Below, in pieces: positions 26,979-39,510 of a DNA stretch of 64,000 nt. Location: contig NC_079170.1 of the NCBI RefSeq assembly GCF_947568905.1, forward strand, positions 54,002,001-54,066,000, given 5' to 3'. The notes beneath the pieces were generated by a model that did no database searches, was not told the DNA's origin, and saw nothing but the letters and a program-made list of their open reading frames with translations. The position numbers were made by a program, and so were the translations under genes. The DNA is from Ostrea edulis (taxonomy: Eukaryota). Position 1 is the first letter of the stretch; every line of letters starts with the position of its first letter.

Positions 26979-29077
26979 TTATTTTGGTGGTCTCGAGGAC
27001 GTTCTGATAGTCTTTGACATGGTGGAACCACCGATGAACAAATTTCTTGTCTGTCGATCCCGATCAGAAAGAGCTTGGACGACCTTATACAACTCGTCCA
27101 AACGGTCATTTTGTTTACGCAGCGCATCTTGATACGCCTTGTCTTCTTGGCTGGCACGTTCCTGTTGGTTATTCAACAGCTTCTCGATCTCTCGTGAGAG
27201 AGTGTCTACCCGCATCTTAAGGTCCATCTTCTCGCGTTCTGTTCTCTCTAGCTCGGCTAAAAGATCTTCTTTGTCAGCCACCAGCTGGTTGATCTTGCAT
27301 TGATCCTGGATCTCGTTGTCCTTCATGACTCGGTTGTCACTCTCCAGCTCGTGAACTCGATCCCTGAGTTCAATGATTTGTCCTCGCAAAACTTCTCCAT
27401 CGTTCTTCAAATGGTTGTTTTCTTTGTTCAAAGAAGACAGCTTCTGCCACCTCTCGTTTTCTTTATCGCGCATCTGAGAGTGAGTGTGTTGTAGCTGCTC
27501 GTACTTTTGTTTGAGTTGGAGGTATTCCTCCTGGTAAGCTTGCAATCTCTCAATGCTGTCATGAAGAGAATTGAGAGCCTTCTGATTACCCTGTAAGTAG
27601 TTCGATTTCTCTTCCTCCCATTCTTGCTTGAACGTCACAAGTTTTTCATCTACACGTTTCTCGACGATGTGTTCAATTTTCTTCTCAATTCGTATTTCCA
27701 TATCAATCCTTTCCTCGTGACGTCTCCTTTCAAATCCATCCAAAAGATCATTGGTCAGTTTTCCACTGAACTCCGCAAACATGTGACCCACAGCAACTGT
27801 TACTCTGTCAGCGATTTTAGAGCCTCCGTAATGTGCATCGTGATTTGAGGTTTTAGGTCGGCTGACGGGGGAGGGACTTTGGGGAGCGGGTGATTCGGAT
27901 GGAGTGGTATCCGTGTCGTCGTCGACAAGATGATACGCTGGTTGTCTGTATATCGTTGTCTTTGATCTTACCGCTCTTTCTGGATATGCAGCCTATATTC
28001 CGAAAAGAAAAGAATACATTTAGGAAAACATGTATAACAGAAAACAAAACAAAATCAGCAGGTGCTTGATTGACAGGTAAGTGTATTTTGATGTCACTTG
28101 AACACTCACTACTACAGGTTCAGTGCTCTGTTGCTGTATCACCCCCGCTGTAGTTGGACGGGAGACGCTTGTCTGAGGTCTGACGTAGGTGTCGCGTGAT
28201 ACGGACTTCCTTCCGGGAACTATAATACAGTAATGTGAAGATAAGGCATACTTTTGAGAACGTAGTTCGTTTGGATGCTATTAATCAAGTCTCTTAAGGT
28301 TATTATCTTTTGACATACCAATGGCCATTTTCAATCCTCACAAGAAGCGATGTAAAACTTTGAACACAATGAGCAGCAAAATGTATACCTCGTAAATTAC
28401 ATTTACGAATAAAAGACTTTAACTATCATTACAACTACGTTCTGGCCAGTCGTCTCATTGATTTTATTTGTTTTAGTCGTCTTTATTAAGAGGTTTGTCA
28501 TTGTTTGTAAATACGGGTATCTTAATTGAGTTAATTACCTATAACAAACGACAGGCATGACGCGGCATTTAATATTCACAGAACGGAACCTATCTTGAAT
28601 TCTAACTTTAAGCCGGATAACATTTCCAGCATTTACTGATCAATCAATTCCCAATAATATGATTATCTGATAGTTTACTAAGAACAAGTATAATCGGTAA
28701 AAACATTCAGTTCACAAAAAAGTTACAAAAGAAGTCTAATATCTATGAAAATTTATGCGTGCGCGATATCACTGTCGTTATCATGTAAACTTACCATCCT
28801 TTTGTAGTTTTTCAACAATATTGAAAAATCGTTCTTCTTCCAAAGACGTAATAAAATTAGGAAACGTTCCAGAGTCCGGCGAAGCCAGCAGAAACTGAAT
28901 GAACTCGTTGAATTTTTTGTGTGGGGTGGGTGGCTGCACCTTCTCGATCCGTTCTCTCTGTTCCATTGTCAACACATTTTTCTCCACAAGACGGTCGAGA
29001 ATTGGGTCCAAATATCCCAACCGTTCTTTCAAAAAAGTGATGTTTGAGGTGATTCGTTTTCTTTGTTCTGGATCCAT
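26979..29077 (-). CDS. 468-aa CARD + Ser/Pro/Thr-rich linker + long coiled-coil protein, complement(join(26979..27992,28110..28219,28795..29077))
   Basis: Exon 1 encodes a CARD-like six-helix domain (MDPEQRKRITSNITFLKERLGYLDPILDRLVEKNVLT...FIQFLL...FITSLEE). Junctions GATG|gtaagt, tatag|TT, GTA|gtgagt and tatag|GCT give phases 1 then 0, and the joined 1407 nt is open. The C-terminal ~250 aa are heptad-rich E/K/Q/L. Confidence 0.85.
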
Positions 29078-29572
29078 AATTGAAAATTTGCTTTGGTGAA
29101 ATAAAGTTTTATATTAATCCACGATTTCAATGACACTTAAAGTTTTTAATTGGCAGCTCAAATTTTAGCATCTACCATTCCAGCACCTCCTAGCCTGAAT
29201 GTTCGTGAGGCTTTGTCCCGTTCTTGGCACAATACAGGATTCCCACAGTATGGAATTAAATATCTCCTGAACATCAGACTGACTGTACCAAACATGCGGC
29301 TTGTCTTTGTGATCTCTGCAATACACAACCTCTAGAATTTGGGGCTACTAAGGGTGTGTTCTATATTTGGTACACATCTGGTCCTTTATGAAAGAAATAG
29401 AATACTAATTTACTCTTTTCACTTTTTACACAATGCTAAGCTTTTATATATTATGTCCACCTTTTCGTTATGTACAAACTGTCCAGGAAAAGTTGATTGT
29501 TGAAACCAACAAAAAAGAATGGTAATTATATAATAAAAAAAAACCCAACAACTTGGAAATGAAAAACACAGC

Positions 29573-29983
29573 TGTGTACTGTAAAACATACCACAGACAA
29601 TATTGTGTACTGTAGAAACATATCACAGACAATATTGTGTACTGTAGAAACATACCACAGACAATATTGTGTACTGTAAAACATACCACAGACAATATTG
29701 TGTACTGTAAAACATACCACAGACAATATTGTGTACTGTAAAACATACCACAGACAATATTGTGTACTGTAAAACATACCACAGACAATATTGTGTACTA
29801 TAGAAACATACCACAGACAATATTGTGTACTGTAAAAACATACCACAGACAATATTGTGTACTGTAAAACATACCACAGACAATATTGTGTACTGTAGAA
29901 ACATACCACAGACAATATTGTGTACTGTAGAAACATACCACAGACAATATTGTGTACTGTAAAAACATACCACAGACAATATT
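29573..29983. repeat. 30-31-bp minisatellite, about 13 copies
   Basis: Unit tgtgtactgta(g)aaacataccacagacaatat; source of four overlapping spurious ORFs. Confidence 0.95.
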
Positions 29984-32485
29984 TGGCTTTTTGAGAGAAA
30001 CACGTGAAAATGATAGTACTATGACAGACTGCATGCCCGTGTACTCAAATTCAAATCTACAGTGTACACGTGTGCGCGCGTGTATTTGGTGATCGTTCGA
30101 TCGAGACAAAGAAAAAGAATCATAGAAAATGACAGTTTTTAAGTGTCTGTTTTTCAAATTAAAGTACAATCGCCATGTTGACTTTTTAGTGGGGTTCTAT
30201 GTATTATAATATATCCTTTATTATCATACATCTAATATTTGTTTGTATCGACCAAATTACATATAAAACCCTGTTTACCCCCATAAGAAACAGCATAAAG
30301 TGTCCAATTTCTTCGTTTGATGATATAATGTAAGGTTGAATGCGTATCAGGTCATCAAATTCCAAATGGCGGATCCGGAAGAACAATAAGAACTGGGTAA
30401 CCGGCGTGTCCGTCACTGATAAAGGAATAATAGAATTAGATAAAGCGCGTGGCAATGTGACAAGCTGCATTCACTGCTGACGTAAGTCAAAGCAGTAACG
30501 ATGTGCAATTTTAAATGAATCAGTCCTCCGTTACAATCCTGGCCAAGTATATTTCTATTCTACATTTAAAACATCCAAACTTTGGTTTTGACAAACATTA
30601 GAATATGCCACGCAGTAAAACAAAACTCATGGCTCTAGTTCTAGTTCACGTCGCTATTGAATCAAGACACAGTTTGATACTATTTGGTCTGAATATTTAA
30701 CTAATTTCGTTCATTATGACAGATGAAAAAACCGACACGAAATGAGTTCAAATACATTTGTTAGTAATTCTACATCCCCCCTCTCCATCTCTGTTGTTTT
30801 CACCTCCGCCAAATGTGTTATATGTGTGTACAAAATACATGTGTTTATATTTCCACGTGGACACATTAATGGCGGTTGAATTTGAGGTATATGTGGCGTA
30901 TTTGATAAACTGTATTTTTTCGATGTTGGAATTTTGTCAGTATGAGAAAATATGTAACCATGGATATGCATATACATGCATTCGTTTAATCATGGTTTGT
31001 TGCAGAATACTCTATGTTATATTCACATATCCGTATAAATTCAAACAAATCACGGACCCTAAACTCTAATCAATTTACTCCTTAAAGGACTTGAAATTCA
31101 TTTTTATTTTCCCTTGTGTCTTTTTCGCTTAGTTTTGTAAACAAATAAACTTCTGGCTTTACGTGATGATGTAAAATGCAGATAACACGTGGGTAAAAAG
31201 TACTTTGCCCTATATTTACATGAACGTCCAGTACCCGTCCATACATACATCTATTTCTATGTATAGTGTACCTCTATACAATTCTTTAAAAGATTTTTCG
31301 TAAACTTAGACGGGAAACTTTTTTAAAACGCTGTACTTGTTGGTGCTATTCCAATCCAATTCAGCATATGGAATCTGTTAACTCGTTCTATTAGTTTTCG
31401 TACTGAAAGAGAAAGTTTATAGCTTTATTTTGTCTTTATCATACTTGTTTATCATATAAATATTCATTTCTTTGCTTTTTTTCTTATAGCTTTTCTATTC
31501 TTTTTATTTTTATTTTGTAATACATGTACATGTACGTATATCTATGTTTCATTCAAATTTTAAAAGCAAGGCAGATGATTAGTCGTATGAAATTAGCAAG
31601 TTTCAAATGTATACAATAAATGTACATCAATTAGTGTCTTCCACTTTAAAGCTATTGCAACATTAAATAAACAAATCAATTTCAATTCTGTATTTGTTAT
31701 TTGCATACTGTTTTTGGAATACCGTACAAGTTAAACTTGCAAGCATGCCATGTGCATTTAAAAAGCCCGTGTTCTGCATTTGAGATGTGGTATAGCACTT
31801 GAATTTTCTTGTTATTGGACTAAGGAATGAATGAAACTATAAATTAGTAGATTGCTTTTTAATCTGATCGAGTTAAATTGTATAATTTACATAGAGTATG
31901 TAACTTCTGTAGTTACATGATAAACAACCACACACTTTTATTTCTTTGATAATATCCAATTATTATTTATTATCAAAATTTATAAAAGCGCACAATCTTA
32001 CAAATAAAATTGCAATCAATGGCGCTGGTTAATATTAATACGACACATGTACCTTTGAATAAATAACAACTTGGTTTTGATAATTCAAAAGCAAAATTTA
32101 AACAGGCGAATTGGAAAAAAAATCATGTTCACCATAACTCACATTAGAAATCAATTTACATGTAATTAATCAACATAAAATTAAATATGCCAGCACTTGG
32201 TGATGCAAAAGGAATAAGTACTGGAGCCATTGTTGTGAGTAGAAAGCCATTGTTATGAGTAGAATTGCTACCCCGCTGTTCAAATGTTACATGCTAGCAT
32301 GTTTGACTAGATAACTGACGCATCATCATGAAGGAGCCAAAGACAACACGAGAGAAAAGGAGAGGTAAGTGAAGAAAGTGACAGTTACATGTATATCTGA
32401 AAATTTCTGTTTTACAACTTTCCCCCCACTTTGACACCATACCAGTAAACCGGAAGTGGCTATGTGAATTTTGAGGTTAAAAGTA

Positions 32486-32682
32486 CGGTGGCTGGTTTAG
32501 GACAGTTGGAATAATTTTTTTTTAATTCGTTCCCACGAAATAATTTTTTCCCCTGGGAACGAAATTAAATTCGTGGGAACGAATTTTGTGGGAACGAAAT
32601 TAATTTGTGGAAACGAACTGTATTTTGTGAGAACGAATTTTTAAAACAAAAATTTCACCCACCTGTCCTTAACCAGCCACCG
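32486..32682. mobile_element. About 197-bp MITE with TA target duplication (Tc1/mariner-like)
   Basis: TA|CGGTGGCTGGTTTAGGACAG ... CTGTCCTTAACCAGCCACCG|TA; internal gggaacgaa repeats. Confidence 0.8.
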
Positions 32683-35135
32683 TATGGAATACCTAAGCAT
32701 CACTTTATTTTCCGGACTTAAACTAGCCATTTAGGGATGTGTCTAGAATTTATTAATTTTAAGAATTTCTAATCAATGGCATGTGATATGATTCGTGTGT
32801 ATGTGTATATCATGTATGTGAACATGTATGAACGTAACCATTATACCCCAATAGCTTACAAATGACGGTTTTGAACGGTTATTAAATTAGTGTTACACAC
32901 ACAGTCTGATGTGTACAGTTATCGACCTTTGCGTGCAGGAGACATACTGATGTCAGTATGAATAATTCTGCTATGCACGTTCTTATCACATGACACAGGT
33001 CGATTGTAGAATTTGTGCCCAGGCTGGATGAAGTTTTATTTTGTGTATTGGCCATTCAGAATTACGTTTCCAAAATTAAAGAACACGACTCCTTTTAATC
33101 CTGATTAACAATCAGATTTCCATGTGCATCGAAACAAATCACTCGTTTCTATTCAATCTTATCTGTACTAGAACAATACAACAACACTATTTTTACGATT
33201 TTAAATCTGATTTGAAAAATACCTTACATAAATAAAAGTTAATAATTGTATGCCACCAGTTATTTCTTTGAGTCTTTGGAATGTACTTATCCCAGGTAAA
33301 TTTTCAAATATTTCTTTATATGATAAAACAAATTAAAAAGCATATCAAAGTTTGTTAATATAACCTCTTTTTTCATGCAGACTGTTCTTTTTTCTTTGGT
33401 AAATTAAAAAAAGTTAGAAATATCCTCTTAATTATCAGGCACGTTATTTTGTACATTCTATTAATTACCGGGGGTTTTCATTATCATTACTATTTTGTGA
33501 ATGGAAGTTCATTTTCTTTGATGCCGAACTACTAATTTATGCTTAATAATCAATACACACAGAGATAATCTCTCTCTCTCTCTCTCTTTCTCTTTCTCTC
33601 TCTCCACGTTTATACTTCAATCTATAAGCCTCCCCCTCACCTGTACTGTATACTCCACATTGATTATTCAAGGACATTTTATACAATTATTTCTGTCTCT
33701 TTTGGAAACGGAACTAACAGCTCCACAACCATGATCAGGTGAATCTTAAGAAGTCAGACATAATATACATGTAATATGGAATGACGGGATATACATGTAT
33801 TTGCTTATGGCAAAATATAAGGAATGAAGAATTCTAGAATTTTTTCAAACCCCACTTTATTTTCCCCATTAAGCTGCATTAGAGGTGTTATGCTTTAATC
33901 CACAAAAATGATGCATTATTCCTGTCCCCGCCCCCTCATTCCATTTGAGCAAACAGGAACTTCCAGTGTTACATGTATCATGAAATGGTCAAGTCCGGAA
34001 TTAAGCAGGCTGTTAAGCGGTTGTAGATGTTTATACATTTGTAGGTCTACGAAGTCAAATTATCGTATAAAGATCGTTTTCTGTCATTGGAACACAATAA
34101 ATGTAAAACAATCATTTAGTAATAATCCAAATAATAGAAATATGAAGGAGATAATGCTATAGCATATTATTATTTTCTTAAATAGAAAGAAAAATACGCC
34201 ATCATTCATAAAGCCAGGAAATTCCATACAAGAACCCTAAGGGTATGTTTTGTTTCCATTAAGACACGTGATAAGAACCCTAAGGGTGTATTTTGTTTCC
34301 ATTAAGACACGTGATTAGTAATGAATTCAAAAAGTCTAAAAACAATCTAGTGAAGTTCCACTCACAGTGAACGCATTGATGCAGTGAAATATTGCTACCC
34401 TTCAAAGAAATGGAACACTGCTGGTGTTTCCTTTTTCCTGTATAAGACGGGTCCGGGTTAGTCTCTCCCTCCACTATGGTTCGTGCTATATGTGCATCTG
34501 GCCTTAATCCTATTAGAACAAGTCAATGTACTTCTCCATCAATTACATGCATGTGTATACAAGTGCACTAAATCGTAAAAGATCACATGTACATAACAGT
34601 TTGATGTACTTAAAATGTTTATTTGTTAATAATCAATTTTTTGCTGTTTTCGTGGTTGAACACGAAATCATAAGGGGAGAAATAAAATTCGTTGTTCATT
34701 AATATACATTTAAACGAAAATGTACATTGCATGTTGAAAATGACATGATTTTTCATGTCCTGAAATGAATGAAATCAAGAATACGGTTTATAGGAAACCC
34801 CCATGGTCATCTCAGCACTCTGTTTTGTCTTTATTCAGAACCTAGTCAACACTCGACTTACAGACGAACAGTTACCTCTTATCAACTATATTTTGGATTC
34901 CCTCTAGAGCGACAAGAGAAATACGACACGCACCTACGAGTGGTTTAATCGGAAAGGTGCAGGCAAAGATAACGATAAAAGATGTCTGCAAAATTGTATA
35001 ACCAGTTTCAGTTAACATAGTCTGAAAGCATGAAAAGGATCTCCATACATGGCCAGAGACAACCATCTTTATATCTATATTGTGTATGAGATAACATAAC
35101 ATTGTACTGTATATTGCTATTTCTCTACCTGAATC

Positions 35136-38100
35136 ATGAATGGGTACTTCGCTAAATCTTTGATGGATCTGAACAGCACCAATAATCATATTGGGATCCC
35201 TCGCCTCGATTTGAAAAAGACACTAAGTCACAACGACTTGAGTCCACGGACACACTATACAACTGGTTCAAAATCTGACATCTTAAGCCCGCGTTATTTT
35301 GAAGACACTCCGGGCCCAAATTCTTACCGACTGAAAACTACGATAGGTAGTACGCCAGGTGTATCATTCAAAGGCGACAGAAAGCGAAATTTTGATTCCG
35401 CGAAAAAGGAGGCATGTTTTCTTCTGCCGAATCTTGTTGATGACACACCAGGTCCTAATGCTTATAAAATCGAGGAAAAGTTTGGATTTGGAAGCAACAG
35501 GACATCTTTGAAAGGTCGCAGAAGTGGACCTTTTCAATCGAATAGAGGTCAAATGCATACGACGCCTCAGTTTGATGAACGTGGCTCGAGATTTCTGAGT
35601 CCAGTCAGCTATGAGATATCTTCTTTGATTGGAAAAAGTCGGGGAGTATCTATGAAAGGAGATAGAACAAGAAACTTCAATGAGACTCCAAGGCTGAACT
35701 GTGGATTTCTCCTTCCAAAAAACATTCCAAAAACACCAGGACCGGGAAGTTATAATATTGGATCCACAGTTGAAATAAAGTCCACCTCTCCAAGTTTTAA
35801 GGGTAGTAGAAGCAGTCTTGGTCCCTTTCAGACAGAATCTGGCAGAACATACATCGCCCCTGAGCTGGCGTCGATGACTGGGAGTGATAAAATGTATGAT
35901 ATACCGACAGCTGTTGGTAGAACTCCTGGTGTGTCAATGAAAGGAAATCGACAAAGGAAGTTTGACACAGCCAAGAACCAAAATGCAGTGTTTCTGGTGC
36001 CGGACATGATTGATGAAACCCCTGCTCCAGGGGCATATGAAATTAAAACCACAGTTGGCACAGATTCTATTAAAGTTTTATTAAAGGGGTCCCGTTCTGA
36101 AAGCAGAGCTCATGCAAAACAGAAATCAAGACAAAGGGCATTTGTAGAAATGAATACACCTGGGATTTCGTTTAAAGGAGATCGAACCCGACGATTTGAT
36201 CATTTGAAAGAAAATCAAGCTACGTTTTTACTTCCAGAGGAGTCAAACGAAGCTCCCGCTCCTGGTTCGTACAACATCAGAACCACAATCGGAAGTGACA
36301 TCAATGGATTGAAAGAAAGAAGAGTTCGAGATCACTATGGTGGTCCATTCCAGTCCAACAGTGGGCCGATGTATATCAAACCCGAAATTAACACAAAGGA
36401 CAAAACACCGGGACCAAACAATTACAAAATAAACACCACCACAATGCTCTCTTCTCCTGCGGTCTCCTTTAAAGGAAGGCGACTTAAATCCCTCTTTGGA
36501 GGTATACTATGTGTGATTGTAATCTGTCTGGGAGTCGGATAAAAAAAAATTGGTCAATGAGATTTGTTTTTATTTACACAAATACACGAGTTTGGCTTGC
36601 GCCGTGATTTCAGATTTAGCACTGAATATACATGTACTCATACATCAATACTACATGTCATTGAAGATAATACATGTACATGTAGTTAAAATTCCAAGAG
36701 TTCAAATCTTAACAATACTATACTATAATAATTGTAATTCTCTTGACTTCTTACAGCACACGATACAGTTACTTTCATAATTATTTTGTGGATATATGCA
36801 TCTATCTCTAGAGCCTGCGCGACCTGGCCCAGCTGATTACACCCCCACGAAAGCCAATCTCCGGAAAACCCCAATGTTTCCCAATCGGCAAAAACCGAAA
36901 ACGTCATACCCAGAATCTCTGAACTACACCNNNNNNNNNNNNNNNNNNNNNNNNNNNNNNNNNNNNNNNNNNNNNNNNNNNNNNNNNNNNNNNNNNNNNN
37001 NNNNNNNNNNNNNNNNNNNNNNNNNNNNNNNNNNNNNNNNNNNNNNNNNNNNNNNNNNNNNNNNNNNNNNNNNNNNNNNNNNATACAATGTGTATCGTGT
37101 ATGATTCTCTTAAATCTACTTTGAATAACATTTTCCTTTTCCATTGACGTGAGGAGCGTGGCATCTATGGAGCGCCAAATTAACATAAACTCGAATAATT
37201 GAAGATATCTTTAATCATTTGCAATGACTTGGTATAAAAAAATAATGCGGACATCAATTCTTATTTAAAAGAGAGCAACAATTCAATTAAAGAGACCATT
37301 AATTCAATTGTGGATATATTGAATTGAAGATATCACAGGCACTATCACGTGATATGCAGATTATAAGGCAATCGTGCATGTGATACACAACAGATGAAAT
37401 CATAAACTGCATAAGATGTCATTTTTTTTTTTATTTACTAAAGGAAATACTGAAAATATATGCGTACAAAGTATTCAAGGCACAAATTAGAAACTCTCTC
37501 TTCGTAACTTCCACCTTAACTTGCAGTGTACGTGTTGGCATTTATTCTTTGGATCTGATATTAATCTTTCAGGGAGTACCTATTCATTGGGACACAGAGT
37601 AAAATGTTAAAGGGGGGGGGGGGATACAAGTACATTCTGTAATCTAAATTCTTAAAAGCGTATACAAACTTCAATACGGGTTTTAGAGATATTTTTTCAT
37701 TTTCATTCTAAAGTCTTTAAAATAATATTATCTTAAAAGATATTTACACTGATTTTCTTGAAGAATATCACTATGAGAATGCGCGACTCTCTTCCACCTC
37801 AGCTGTGTGATATATAATTACGAATGCGTGACTCTCTTCCACCTCAGCTGTGTGATATATAATTACGAATGCGTGACTCTCTTCCACCTCAGCTGTGTGA
37901 TATATAATTATGAATGCGTGACTGTCTTCCACCTCAGCTGTATGATATATAATTACGAATGCGTGACTCTCTTCCACCTCAGCTGTGTGGTATAGAATTA
38001 CGAATGCGTGACACTCTTCCACCTCAGCTGTGTGATATATAATTATGAATGCGTGACTCTCTTCCACCTCAGCTGTGTGATATATAATTACGAAATTCTA

Positions 38101-38765
38101 TTGTCGACAGGTCGACTTAGTCCTGGGTCTGCCCATTATTTTCCTCAGGATCAAACCGGGACTCTCAAGTTCCCTGTACAGCTGAGAAGTCCTCAAAACT
38201 CTAAAGGTAAAACGTTTAGATACATCACGAATTACTATAAATATATCACGAAACAAGCAAGAGTACGAACAGGATACGTGTATTGTAGTTAACATGCATT
38301 TTTTGTGAATTCTTCTACTGGCGATATGTGACAAAAAGTACAAATCATCTCCAATATGAGGGTAGTTAGTTAATCATAAAGGAGAGATAACTCTACCCAT
38401 GAACAACGACAAAGTCCGTTATCAAATAATTTTGTTCAAAATTTATTCATTTCAAATACGTTTACTTTTGTACAGTGAATATCATGATAATGATATCTTG
38501 TATATATCCTAGGAAGAAACATCGTCACATATTTGTGCGCATGTACAGTATTGTTTTTCCTTCTACAGATTCATCTTTTTCATTTCATACTCCCAATTTA
38601 GTTGAGGAAGGACCGAGCCATGGCGCTTACACTCTGCTGAACAAACAACGTACTAATATCGCAACAACGCTTAAAGGTAGAACCAGTCCGTACGTGTATT
38701 CCGGATTTCAGACCAACAAGTTTACGGAGGATGTCGGTTCTAACGTGGTCGTCGCTCAAGGCTGA
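35136..38765 (+). CDS. ODF3/SHIPPO-1 (CIMAP1/STPG-like) PGP-repeat axonemal protein; exons 35136..36501, 36812..(gap from 36931), 38111..38206, 38569..38765
   Basis: Repeated (T/A)P(G/A)PxxY motifs (TPGPNSY, TPGPNAY, TPGPGSY, TPAPGAY, APAPGSY, TPGPNNY, RPGPADY). Visible junctions are all phase 1 and compatible (GGA G|gtatac, ctag|AG, cag|GT, AAA G|gtaaaa, tacag|AT). The end of exon 2 lies in an N gap. Confidence 0.85.
37777..38091. repeat. 45-bp minisatellite x7 in the ODF3-like intron
   Basis: Unit gaatgcgtgactctcttccacctcagctgtgtgatatataattac; 315 bp = 7 x 45. Confidence 0.95.
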
Positions 38766-39107
38766 TGAAGGAACACTGACACAAAATATCAAGTTTTACT
38801 GAACACGGTTTCCCACGTTCTTGTCTTCATAGACGTATTGTTATTCATTCCATACTTGTAAACCAAAGGAAAATATATAGCCCAGTCATTTTCTATATGT
38901 GACGTCATAATGTACAAAAGAAGGAGCTTAATATACAGTGAAACATTTGAATTTCGGTTTGAAAGTTGTTATATTTTTCTTTTCTTCTCGTAGTAGTATA
39001 CATATAATGGAAAATATTGCGATTTTTTTTTAACTATGTACCAGGTATCCATTGGGTAGAGCATTTGTTTGTGACCAGGAAGTCGTTGGTTCAGCTGCAT
39101 CAAACCT

Positions 39108-39110
<3 letters not shown>

Positions 39111-39185
<75 letters not shown>
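39111..39185. repeat. (CA)n microsatellite
   Basis: Directly visible. Confidence 0.98.
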
Positions 39186-39186
<1 letters not shown>

Positions 39187-39510
39187 TGCTTCATAGAAAA
39201 TATCATGTTAAAAACATAATGAGATATGACAAACGCTAGAACCTATTTAATTGTGTTCAGAATTGCTTGTAAAATGAAAAATCTGCTCCAAACAAGACCT
39301 TTACTTGTATATTTAACCTATGTAAACAAAAACATTACACGAGCCTTCTTTGCATAATAAAGAATTACAAGTGCTCTCTTATAACTCAACAACTGACATT
39401 AAAATTTTTGCTGACCATTAGAAATACCCTTGTTAAGCATTGTAAACATTAAAAATATGAAAAATAAAATTTGAAAATTTTCAGCTCAAATCGTGTTCAT
39501 GTCCCTTTAA
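39186..39510 (-). mobile_element. Possible truncated Kolobok-like non-autonomous element end
   Basis: Ends ...gtgttcatgtccct|ttaa (TTAA|AGGGAC on the minus strand), the TTAA/RR terminus pattern of Kolobok elements. The other end was not found. Confidence 0.35.

Noticed and set aside
27853-28047. 64-aa ORF in the ORF track
   Set aside because: Wrong frame of the CARD gene's last exon; the 110-nt exon at 28110-28219 places splicing in the long open frame.
29468-30169. Overlapping Cys/Tyr-rich ORFs (also those at 12148, 22149, 37771, 48928 and 49188)
   Set aside because: Translations of minisatellite units.
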